DNA of 43,680 nucleotides from a virus. Both the position numbers and the translations under genes were made by a program. The notes beneath the pieces are model-generated. The model did no database searches and was not told where the DNA came from. It was given only the letters and a program-made list of their open reading frames with translations. Location: IMG/VR virus record IMGVR_UViG_3300017694_000006, positions 1-43,680 of that record. The stretch is one strand, 5' to 3'. Below are positions 1 through 6,666 of this stretch, in pieces (the stretch's first letter is position 1; every line of letters begins with the position of its first letter).

Positions 1-123
1 GGAAACCGAGACCATGCGCGAGAAGCTGGAGATCAAGACCCAGGAGGCTGCGGCCATCCTGAAGCCGGGCGGGGAAATCCTCTACCTAGGCACTCCGCAG
101 TCCCAGTCCTCGATTTACCGAAA
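1..123. repeat. Contig end overlap, identical to 43558-43680. Indicates circular closure or a permuted assembly
   Basis: Direct comparison: ggaaaccgagaccatgcgcgag...cgatttaccgaaa is present at both ends of the window, 123 of 123 bases identical. Confidence 0.95.
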
Positions 124-1234
124 GCTGCCCGAGAAGGGCTATGAGGTCCGCGTCTGGCCTGCCCGTTATCCGCTTGCGGAGAAGCTGGGCAACTACAGCG
201 GCTCCCTCGCGCCCATGCTCATGGCAGACATCGAGCGCGATCCGTCCCTCATGAAACCCTTGGGTTCCACTGTGGGCGGCGCTCCGACTGACCCAGACCG
301 CTTCAACGACCTCGACCTGATCGAGCGCGAGACCGAGTACCGGGCTGCGGGCTTCCTGCTCCAGTACCAGCTCGACACCACGCTCTCGGATGCTGAGAAG
401 TACCCGCTCAAGTCCCGCGACCTGATCGTCACCGACTGCGACAAGAAGGTCGCTCCGGCGCGCTTGGTCTGGGGCTCCAGCCCCGAGCTGGCCATCAAGG
501 ACATCGAGAACGTCGGCTTCGACGGGGACCGGCTCTTCCGGCCCATGCACGTCTCCTCCGAGTTCCTCGGGTACACCGGCAGTGCCATGCACATCGACCC
601 TTCGGGCCGTGGGCGCGACCGTACTACCTACGTGGTCACCAAGTTCCTCTGCGGGTACGTCTTCGTGACCCGGTGGGGTGGCTTCCAGGATGGCTATGGT
701 CCTCAGACCCTCGCTGCCCTAGCGCAGATAGCTGCCGACGAGGAGGTCTCCATCATCGTCCCCGAGGACAACTTCGGTGACGGCATGTTCGGCAAGCTCC
801 TCGAACCCTACGTCAATCGCCTCCGGCCCTGCCGGGTCGAGGGGACGCGGGTCAAGGGGCAGAAGGAGCTGCGCATCATCGGGGCCCTAGAGCCCACCAT
901 GCGCTCCCACAGGCTCGTCATGGACACCAACGTCCTGAGGGCTGACCTCAAGCAACCCGTGGTCCACTCCGGGCTATTCCAGCTCACCCACATGACCTCG
1001 GCTCGCGGAGCCCTGAAGCATGACGACATGGTCGACGTGCTGGCCATGGGTGTGCAGCACTGGACCGAGTACCTCAACGCCGACGCTAAGAAGGCAGAGG
1101 ACGACCGGAAGAGGAAGGCGGACCTTGAGTGGGAACGGAAGTTCTTCGAAGGGACCGTGGGTCACAGCTTCATGCGCAAGCCTACAGGTGTCCTGGCCAA
1201 GAGAGGCCGTGGGAGGCCTGTGGGGAGGCGATGA
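1..1234 (+). CDS. terL: Terminase large subunit (T7 gp19-like), 3' portion. The reading frame continues from 43121-43557 across the circular junction
   Basis: ORF track 14..1234 is in frame with the open frame at the window end. Sequence LYLGTPQSQSSIYRKL...RVWPARYP resembles T7 gp19 IYLGTPQ...ARYP. Stop TGA at 1232-1234. Confidence 0.93.
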   Translation, partial: ETETMREKLEIKTQEAAAILKPGGEILYLGTPQSQSSIYRKLPEKGYEVRVWPARYPLAEKLGNYSGSLAPMLMADIERDPSLMKPLGSTVGGAPTDPDRFNDLDLIERETEYRAAGFLLQYQLDTTLSDAEKYPLKSRDLIVTDCDKKVAPARLVWGSSPELAIKDIENVGFDGDRLFRPMHVSSEFLGYTGSAMHIDPSGRGRDRTTYVVTKFLCGYVFVTRWGGFQDGYGPQTLAALAQIAADEEVSIIVPEDNFGDGMFGKLLEPYVNRLRPCRVEGTRVKGQKELRIIGALEPTMRSHRLVMDTNVLRADLKQPVVHSGLFQLTHMTSARGALKHDDMVDVLAMGVQHWTEYLNADAKKAEDDRKRKADLEWERKFFEGTVGHSFMRKPTGVLAKRGRGRPVGRR

Positions 1235-1239
1235 GGATG

Positions 1240-1261
1240 GGGAGGGTAGTTGTACCCTCCC
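1240..1261 (+). other. Stem-loop directly after terL (9-bp stem GGGAGGGTA/TACCCTCCC, loop GTTG), no U-run
   Basis: Read from sequence: gggagggta gttg taccctccc. Confidence 0.4.
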
Positions 1262-1268
1262 TGTTCCT

Positions 1269-1291
1269 GAAGGACTCCTGCGGGGCTCCTA
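1269..1291 (+). repeat. Direct repeat copy 1, GAAGGACTCCTGCGGGGCTCCTA (partner at 2099-2120)
   Basis: Near-identical to GAAGGACTCTGAGGGGCTCCTA at 2099-2120 (one indel, one substitution). Part of an array of CTCCTNNGG-type short repeats. Confidence 0.7.
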
Positions 1292-1369
1292 GAGACTCCT
1301 GAGGCGCATTGAAGGACGGGGGAGGGGATGATACCCTTCCTCCTCCTTCCACTGCCCTAAGAGGCTCCT

Positions 1370-1600
1370 GTGCCCATCGGCATGACCACCAGCAGCTCTG
1401 CCGTCACTCTTCCCCTCGACGTGATCTTAGAGGTCATCAAGGGGACCAGAGGACACCCAGTGTCTGAGGAGACAATGGCCCTGCTGCTGGTGGATGTGGG
1501 CTATGCCGTATGCAACCTGCCGGTGGAACCTGAGGTAGCTAAAGCGATCCTGAGGGAGGCCTTTGGGGCTGAGGGTCCTTTAGGTATACCTAAGGTATAA
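1370..1600 (+). CDS. Hypothetical protein in the position of T7 gene 19.5 (last gene before the genome junction)
   Basis: 76-aa ORF, GTG start 6 nt after AAGAGG. An ATG alternative lies at 1382. No recognisable motif. Confidence 0.45.
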   Translation: MPIGMTTSSSAVTLPLDVILEVIKGTRGHPVSEETMALLLVDVGYAVCNLPVEPEVAKAILREAFGAEGPLGIPKV

Positions 1601-1619
1601 CCCACCCCCGAGGGTGGGT
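1600..1619 (+). other. Perfect hairpin ACCCACCC-CCGA-GGGTGGGT abutting the stop codon of the last gene
   Basis: 8-bp perfect stem and 4-nt loop read from sequence. Followed by gataatt rather than a U-run. Confidence 0.6.
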
Positions 1620-1626
1620 GATAATT
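1604..1626 (-). promoter_or_regulatory. Family-B (T3-like) promoter motif in reverse orientation: AATTATCACCCACCCTCGGGGGT on the - strand
   Basis: Reverse complement of 1604-1626 matches the copy at 10868 at 20 of 23 positions and the copy at 23750 at 19 of 23. Confidence 0.45.
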
Positions 1627-1793
1627 CGACCTCGTCACTTTCACTGCAAAAATCCGAGGCGGGATAGCGCACAGCGCAAGCTGGCGGTTCCCCCCGTGGG
1701 GGTGCCCTGCCGGGGATCGTCCCTAGCCCGCCGCGCTTTCCGCCTGTCCTGAGGGCATCCCTCGGTCACCCTTGGCGCGATCCGGCGCACCCT

Positions 1794-1816
1794 TTGACGG
1801 CACCCCCTGCTAATCG
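1794..1816 (+). promoter_or_regulatory. Weak candidate host promoter TTGACG-N9-GCTAATCG (alphaproteobacterial sigma-70 style)
   Basis: Pattern resembles the Caulobacter-type TTGACGS-N10-14-GCTANAWC consensus, but the spacing is short. Confidence 0.2.
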
Positions 1817-1925
1817 GCTAGTTCGATGGCACCCTGTGGGCCATAGCGTGCCATCTGAGGGCAGGCGAGGGGTCCTGAGGGCCTGCCCGTGGGCTGCCGT
1901 TGGTTCGGGCGTGTCTCTGCTATGC

Positions 1926-1937
1926 CCTGCGTTTTTC
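1926..1937 (+). repeat. 12-nt direct repeat CCTGCGTTTTTC, copy 1
   Basis: Identical 12-mer at 2136-2147. Both are preceded by ATG(C/G)(C/G). Confidence 0.6.
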
Positions 1938-2098
1938 GATCCAGCTCTTCAGCGTCCCTCGGGTACCCTGCGGCTATCCTTCGAGGTCCTGGGGTGATCC
2001 TGCAGTGCCTACTATCCTGAGGATGCCCTACAGTGCCCTGCGGACCACCTTAGGACTCGCTGCGGCGCTCCTGAGTGGGTCAGTGCGGGCGGGGCTTG

Positions 2099-2120
2099 GA
2101 AGGACTCTGAGGGGCTCCTA
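2099..2120 (+). repeat. Direct repeat copy 2, GAAGGACTCTGAGGGGCTCCTA (partner at 1269-1291)
   Basis: See 1269-1291. Confidence 0.7.
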
Positions 2121-2135
2121 CGGGCTCCTAATGGG

Positions 2136-2147
2136 CCTGCGTTTTTC
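2136..2147 (+). repeat. 12-nt direct repeat CCTGCGTTTTTC, copy 2
   Basis: Identical to 1926-1937. Confidence 0.6.
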
Positions 2148-2185
2148 CTGCCTAGACAGAGGGTAGGACAGGGCCCTGTGAAAAC

Positions 2186-2209
2186 AATAGTTCGAGATAT
2201 CGAACTATT
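2186..2209. repeat. Inverted repeat AATAGTTCGA-GATA-TCGAACTATT (10-bp perfect arms)
   Basis: Read from sequence. The right arm overlaps the first family-A motif by 2 nt and sits just upstream of the TTGACA at 2213. Confidence 0.75.
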
Positions 2210-2225
2210 CCATTGACACGACGAT
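2208..2225 (+). promoter_or_regulatory. Family-A intergenic motif copy TTCCATTGACACGACGAT
   Basis: Matches consensus TTCCATTAACCCGACRAT. Confidence 0.5.
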
Positions 2226-2241
2226 TGACCACGCCTAGATA
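2213..2241 (+). promoter_or_regulatory. Candidate host sigma-70 early promoter TTGACA-17 nt-TAGATA
   Basis: TTGACA at 2213-2218, a 17-nt spacer and TAGATA at 2236-2241, about 210 nt upstream of the first early gene. The position is analogous to T7 A promoters. Confidence 0.5.
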
Positions 2242-2427
2242 GGGATCACCGGACGGCGAGACACTCTCACCAACCGGGGCCCAGACGGGGAGCGCGCAGG
2301 ACCGCTTCGATCCATCTGGGAGCCATCACCTAGACTGCCCTGAGGGGTTGAAGCGGTGGCGAGGAGATAGCGGGGAAACCCGCCGGTTCCTAGAGGGGCG
2401 CTGAGGCGCTCCTGCAGCAACCGATAG

Positions 2428-2445
2428 TTCCATTAACACGATGAT
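2428..2445 (+). promoter_or_regulatory. Family-A motif copy TTCCATTAACACGATGAT
   Basis: Preceded by GATAG, as in the copies at 6805, 6887 and 8944. Lies 7 nt upstream of the 2452 start codon. Confidence 0.55.
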
Positions 2446-2451
2446 TGGAGA

Positions 2452-2829
2452 ATGACGATGCGCCTTTGGACCTTCGCAACCGCTTCGTTCCTGGTGACCG
2501 CCGATACGGTGCCCGACAGTGACGTTGACACGTCCTATGACGAAACTGGAGAGACCGACGAGAAGCTCGCCAGCGGCGAGTGGGAAGCCTTCGGCACCGT
2601 CGTCAAGGTGGAGACGCATGACGGCGTGGAACTGGGCACTGCAAGCCTATGGGGCTCGATTTACGCCGACCCTCGCGAGTTCCGGGATCACCTGGGCATT
2701 GCTGAGAAGGGCCGGGCCGACGGGTGCAACTACGGAAGCTACTTCTCGGACTTGGTTCGGGAGGCAGTGGGCGAGGCGCGCACGACGCTGGCCACGCTAC
2801 AAGGCCTAAAGGTCCGCACCGCGACCTAA
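2452..2829 (+). CDS. Acidic early protein, first gene after the junction region (position of T7 gene 0.3)
   Basis: 125-aa ORF. GGAG lies at 2447-2450, so ATG 2458 may be the true start. D/E-rich stretch DSDVDTSYDETGETDEKLASGEWE. Confidence 0.6.
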   Translation: MTMRLWTFATASFLVTADTVPDSDVDTSYDETGETDEKLASGEWEAFGTVVKVETHDGVELGTASLWGSIYADPREFRDHLGIAEKGRADGCNYGSYFSDLVREAVGEARTTLATLQGLKVRTAT

Positions 2830-2832
2830 CCC

Positions 2833-2850
2833 TTCCATTAACCCGACAAT
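2833..2850 (+). promoter_or_regulatory. Family-A motif copy TTCCATTAACCCGACAAT
   Basis: Begins 6 nt after the TAA stop codon of the 2452-2829 gene. Confidence 0.6.
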
Positions 2851-2937
2851 CCCAACAGGTCCCATGTCGAGGGGCGGACACGCGCCGCCCTTCATATCGG
2901 CCCTGCCGAAACCCTCAGACAACCTGGAGTGACCCAC

Positions 2938-3264
2938 ATGCGCCAAGCCATCACCACGAAGTACCTGGGGCCGACGAACTCGCGTGGATCGCGGGTTAAG
3001 GCCACCGCCGCAGCAGGCTCCATTACCGATAGCTGGAACCATGCCCAGAACGTCGATGAGAACCACGCCCGTGTTGCCCAGCTGCTCGCTGCTAAGTTTG
3101 GCTGGTCGGGCGTCTGGGTCGCCGGGGGCCTGCCGAATGATCGCGGCAACGTCTTCGTCAGCCTGGAAGGCGAAACCTACGGCGCAGAGCGGCAATCCGC
3201 CGGGCGGGATGACCGCTTGGGGATTGAGGGGCGCGACTGGTTCGGCCTCCGGCCCCGCGCCTAA
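2938..3264 (+). CDS. Hypothetical early protein (MRQAITTKYLGPTNSRGSRVKA...)
   Basis: ORF track 2929..3264. The ATG at 2938 lies 8 nt after GGAG, and third-position GC is high. Confidence 0.6.
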   Translation: MRQAITTKYLGPTNSRGSRVKATAAAGSITDSWNHAQNVDENHARVAQLLAAKFGWSGVWVAGGLPNDRGNVFVSLEGETYGAERQSAGRDDRLGIEGRDWFGLRPRA

Positions 3265-3267
3265 TCC

Positions 3268-3285
3268 TTCCATTAACCCGACAAC
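3268..3285 (+). promoter_or_regulatory. Family-A motif copy TTCCATTAACCCGACAAC
   Basis: Begins 6 nt after the stop codon TAA at 3262-3264. Followed by GGAG and ATG 3300. Confidence 0.6.
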
Positions 3286-3299
3286 CTGGAGTTCACCTC

Positions 3300-3920
3300 A
3301 TGACCCTTTCAGTTTCCCGGAAGACCGACCGCACGAAGATGGCCGCTGCCATCGCCGCCCTGTGCGCTGACCTGGGCGCAACCTGTGAAGTCCGCGACAT
3401 GGCAACCTACCGCTACCCGGACGGCTCCGGCGGCAGCTGCCCTCGCGAGATATGGTGCATCATCAAGCACGGTGCGGTCGAGGTCACGGTCGACCTGGAC
3501 GGCGACAGCGGCCAGCAGCGGGAAGGGACCTGGGTCCTGGCCTGGGTTACTGACATCAACTCGCACGCCCGTTTTGCGTCGCGGTTCGGCAGCGCCGCCG
3601 GGGGCACCGCCAACGGGCGCAAATGCACTGCAGTGACCTACGGGGGGTTTGAGGGCCTGACGGCAGGCCTGCGACGTGCCCTGGAGTGCGTCAACGCGGG
3701 GGAGGCCCTGGGCGAGCCTGCAGCTTACATGGTGCGAGAAGGGGAGGGGTCACACGGTCAAGCGCCGCATGGCTGCTACACGGCTTCGGGCGTGCGGATC
3801 AGTGGCGGCGGGATCGTCCCTCTCTCAGCTGCCGAGTACGCCGCCAAACGTGGCGGGATGCGCCTCATCTCCCGCGAGGAACTCGACGCGATCCTGCAGA
3901 GCCCCGCGCTCGCTGCCTAA
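3300..3920 (+). CDS. Hypothetical early protein
   Basis: 206-aa ORF with an upstream GGAG. No recognisable motif. Confidence 0.6.
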   Translation: MTLSVSRKTDRTKMAAAIAALCADLGATCEVRDMATYRYPDGSGGSCPREIWCIIKHGAVEVTVDLDGDSGQQREGTWVLAWVTDINSHARFASRFGSAAGGTANGRKCTAVTYGGFEGLTAGLRRALECVNAGEALGEPAAYMVREGEGSHGQAPHGCYTASGVRISGGGIVPLSAAEYAAKRGGMRLISREELDAILQSPALAA

Positions 3921-3923
3921 CAC

Positions 3924-3941
3924 TTCCATTAACCCGACAGT
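3924..3941 (+). promoter_or_regulatory. Family-A motif copy TTCCATTAACCCGACAGT
   Basis: Begins 6 nt after the stop codon TAA at 3918-3920. Confidence 0.6.
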
Positions 3942-4028
3942 CTCCAGCGGGGCCCTCGTCGCCCCGCCGGTTTCCCGAGTGCCTCCCGAGCGGGGCCCTC
4001 CGGTAACTGCAAGAGGAGTGAAGTACCA

Positions 4029-4214
4029 ATGATCGCACGAACCGTGCGCCGGGCATCCCTCGGCGTCTTCTTCAGCCTAGGGGTCGCCCAGCTGGCCATC
4101 GAAGGCCTCTCCTGGACCCTCGGCTTCCCCATCACATCCTGCGCGTCCTGCGGGATCATCATGCTGGCCGCGCTCATAGGGGCGCTGGTCGGCGCTGCGT
4201 TCGAGGAGGTCTAG
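4029..4214 (+). CDS. Small membrane protein with two predicted TM segments
   Basis: 61 aa. Hydrophobic stretches LGVFFSLGVAQLAI and IIMLAALIGALVGAAF. AGAGGAG lies upstream. Confidence 0.55.
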   Translation: MIARTVRRASLGVFFSLGVAQLAIEGLSWTLGFPITSCASCGIIMLAALIGALVGAAFEEV

Positions 4215-4216
4215 CC

Positions 4217-4570
4217 ATGCCAGAGCGCAAACGAAACCAGCTCATCGCCCGCACCGCAGCGACCATCACGATTGCCCTTAGGCGCGTGTGGGCACCCCAA
4301 GGCGGCAACGCCAGCGGCGTGGAGGTCGGCGTCATCCTGACGGAGGTATTCTACACCGCCAACCCCTGGGTCACTGCCCAGTACGTCACCGACCGACTTG
4401 CGGGGGTCTATTCCACGGACACCGTCCGCCGCCGACTCGAAGAGATGGTCGACGCTCAAACCGTCGAGCTGATCGAGACAGGAGGGCGCAAGCTCTACAG
4501 GGCAGGGCCGGGGGCTGCTGGTGCCACTGTCGAAGCGTTCCTAGACGGGTGCGCAACGCTCAATGTCTGA
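4217..4570 (+). CDS. Putative winged-helix DNA-binding protein
   Basis: 117 aa. The C-terminal part TVRRRLEEMVDAQTVELIETGGRKLYR looks like a wHTH recognition helix plus wing. Confidence 0.45.
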   Translation: MPERKRNQLIARTAATITIALRRVWAPQGGNASGVEVGVILTEVFYTANPWVTAQYVTDRLAGVYSTDTVRRRLEEMVDAQTVELIETGGRKLYRAGPGAAGATVEAFLDGCATLNV

Positions 4571-4690
4571 ACGCCGCAAATCCACGCCAACGCCGCAATT
4601 TGCGTCCGAACTATTCCAAACTCGGAACCATCGGTCTAACGGGAAGACCGCTAGAAGATGAGAACGGAATAAGAACATTTCACTTGCAAT

Positions 4691-4706
4691 GTAGGACTTT
4701 TCCTAC
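4691..4706. promoter_or_regulatory. Palindrome GTAGGA-CTTT-TCCTAC in an AT-richer intergenic region. Candidate operator
   Basis: Perfect 6-bp arms read from sequence, upstream of the MarR-like gene. Confidence 0.35.
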
Positions 4707-4846
4707 GATCCATCTGTCTGCTACGCCGGAGGGCACGGGGGGTTTAAAAGCGGGGGACGCTTCGAACCGGAGCCTACGGCAACAATCCGCCGTCTCAATC
4801 ACGGGGCGGTTGAGCTGAGGTCATGACCGTATGCGAGACAATGCCG

Positions 4847-4870
4847 TTGACAAACAATTCGGGCTAACCG
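4847..4870 (+). promoter_or_regulatory. Candidate host promoter TTGACA-N10-GCTAACCG upstream of the MarR-like gene and integrase
   Basis: TTGACA at 4847-4852 and GCTAACCG at 4863-4870. Resembles alphaproteobacterial TTGACGS-N10-14-GCTANAWC. Lies 58 nt upstream of ATG 4928. Confidence 0.4.
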
Positions 4871-4927
4871 AAGTGCGGGGGAGCAGAGTGAACGCCGACA
4901 ATCACATCTCGCGAAAGGAATTACGCA

Positions 4928-5374
4928 ATGCTAGGGACAGCCACCGCTATCGAGAGGCCCCGAGTGACAACGACCACGAAGCAGCAGCGATCCGATCCGC
5001 TAACGCGGCACGTGCGCGACTTCGAAAACTACTCGGCGGCGATGATCGTCCTGGCCGAGAGTGCGCCGGACCGCATGAGCCTGTCGCAGGGGATTTTCTT
5101 TATCCTGACCGCCACTGCCGATCTTGCGGGCAAGGACCCCACGTTCAGCGACATTAAGGAGGCTGTGGGCGACACCGTCAATCGCTCGCTCCACACAACC
5201 TACCGTGTCCTTCTGGAACCCTCGCGGAACTACCCGGATGGCCTTGGTTGGCTCCGCCAGGAACCGAACCCGATGGACGCGCGGCAGAAGTTCCTCCGAC
5301 TGACGCCGAAGGGCAAGTCGGTTCTCAAGGGCATGCTGCACGCCATGAACATCAAGATGGAAGGAGCAAACTGA
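4928..5374 (+). CDS. MarR-family-like winged-helix transcriptional regulator
   Basis: 148 aa. The segment TVNRSLHTTYRVLLE...GLGWLRQEPNPMDARQKFLRLTPKGKSVL has the MarR pattern (recognition helix, wing, D.R...LT.KG). The stop codon overlaps the integrase start. Confidence 0.55.
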   Translation: MLGTATAIERPRVTTTTKQQRSDPLTRHVRDFENYSAAMIVLAESAPDRMSLSQGIFFILTATADLAGKDPTFSDIKEAVGDTVNRSLHTTYRVLLEPSRNYPDGLGWLRQEPNPMDARQKFLRLTPKGKSVLKGMLHAMNIKMEGAN

Positions 5375-6666
5375 TGGCCAAGCTGGGCCAGAAGTCCAAC
5401 GGCATCTACTACCTCGACGTGCAGGTGCCGGATGACGAAGGCGGGCTCAAGCGCAGCCGTGTGAGCTGCAATACCCGCGAGAAGAGAGATGCGGAAGCGC
5501 AGCGCCGCGACTGGATCGCTGGAGTTCACCCACAGCATCCTAGCCGGGGCGGAGTTATCGCGCCTAAGGGTCGCGCAGCTGTCCGCGATACATCCATTAG
5601 CCCGCCGAAGCGGCAAACGGAACTGACGCTTGTCCAGTGGCTCGACATGTGCCTGTCGACGATATGGTCGAACGTGCAGATAAAGGCACACGCCTCCGCA
5701 TGCTCAAATGTGAAGGTCCTGACCGAAATTATCGACAATGACCTACTCCTGGCGGACGTGTCATCAGCACACCTGCAGACCATCGCGGCGGACCTCCGAA
5801 AGCGCGAGTACGCTGAAGGCACCGTCAAGCGGAAGCTGCAGGCCATCGTGGCCGCGCTGAACCACGCGAAGTTGACCGAGGACGCCCAGGGTAAGGCGCT
5901 CTACGTCGGAACGGCGCGCAAGCCCAAGACGGCCAAGGTTCGCCCCCGCGAGCGCGTGTTGAGCCGGGACGAAGAGGTGGACGTGTTCAAGTGCCTAGAC
6001 GCGCGCATAGAGGCCGAGCCGGGCCGTCCGTGGCTGAAGTTTAAGATGCTGACTCTGGTCATGCTCGACACCGGGTTCCGCCTGGGCGAGGCGCTCGCCT
6101 GCGGTGCCCGCAACGTCCGCCGCAAGCGCTGGGTCGATCCCCGTTCGGGCGAGGCGCAGGAGGCCGTGTACCTTCACATCGAGGGCATCCACACGAAGAG
6201 CGGGCTACCGCGCGAGGTGCCCCTCACGGATCGCGTCATCGAGTTACTGCCGCTGCTCAACGCGGGGTCCGCAGGGGGCCGATGGTTCCCCTGGAAGCCC
6301 AAGCAGAGCGGCGCGTGGTATCTGTGGAACAATATCCGCGAGGACCTGTCCAAGATGGGTCACGACGTCTCGGACGTGGTGCAGCACACCTTCCGCCACA
6401 CCTGCGCCACGCGGCTGTGCGAAGGCGGCATGGACTTGGTCTCGCTCCGAGACTGGCTCGGCCACTCGGATATTGCCATCACCGCGCAGAACTACCTGCA
6501 CCTGATGTCCACCCATCTCCACGTCGGTGCAGCGATCCTGAACACCAGCAACGGCTCCAATAATGTGGTGCCACTTCGCAGCTCAAATGGTGCCCAGGGC
6601 GCCATCCCGAATAGTCGTGTTAACGGAAGCGAACGTGACGAGGCTGGTTTGGCACGATCCGCCTAA
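5374..6666 (+). CDS. int: Tyrosine recombinase / phage integrase
   Basis: ATG at 5374 after GGAAGGAG (ATGA overlap with the upstream gene). Catalytic-type motifs FRLGEAL, HTFRHTCATRL and LGHSDIAITAQNYLHL are present. Confidence 0.9.
   Translation: MAKLGQKSNGIYYLDVQVPDDEGGLKRSRVSCNTREKRDAEAQRRDWIAGVHPQHPSRGGVIAPKGRAAVRDTSISPPKRQTELTLVQWLDMCLSTIWSNVQIKAHASACSNVKVLTEIIDNDLLLADVSSAHLQTIAADLRKREYAEGTVKRKLQAIVAALNHAKLTEDAQGKALYVGTARKPKTAKVRPRERVLSRDEEVDVFKCLDARIEAEPGRPWLKFKMLTLVMLDTGFRLGEALACGARNVRRKRWVDPRSGEAQEAVYLHIEGIHTKSGLPREVPLTDRVIELLPLLNAGSAGGRWFPWKPKQSGAWYLWNNIREDLSKMGHDVSDVVQHTFRHTCATRLCEGGMDLVSLRDWLGHSDIAITAQNYLHLMSTHLHVGAAILNTSNGSNNVVPLRSSNGAQGAIPNSRVNGSERDEAGLARSA

Noticed and set aside
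1794-2166. ORFs 1794-1997 and 1900-2166 in the junction region
   Set aside because: The translations are Arg/Pro/Ser/Leu-rich with no RBS. The region is made of short nucleotide repeats and corresponds to the non-coding left end of T7-like genomes.
1235-2200. Possible CRISPR array, given the many short repeats
   Set aside because: The repeats are 7-12 nt, imperfect and irregularly spaced, with no 25-40-nt repeat/spacer periodicity. They fit phage terminal-region short repeats instead.
2433-2437. CtrA half-site TTAAC within family-A motifs
   Set aside because: No second TTAA is found 7 nt upstream in any copy, and the 8-mer TTAACCAT is not present. The resemblance is limited to 5 nt.
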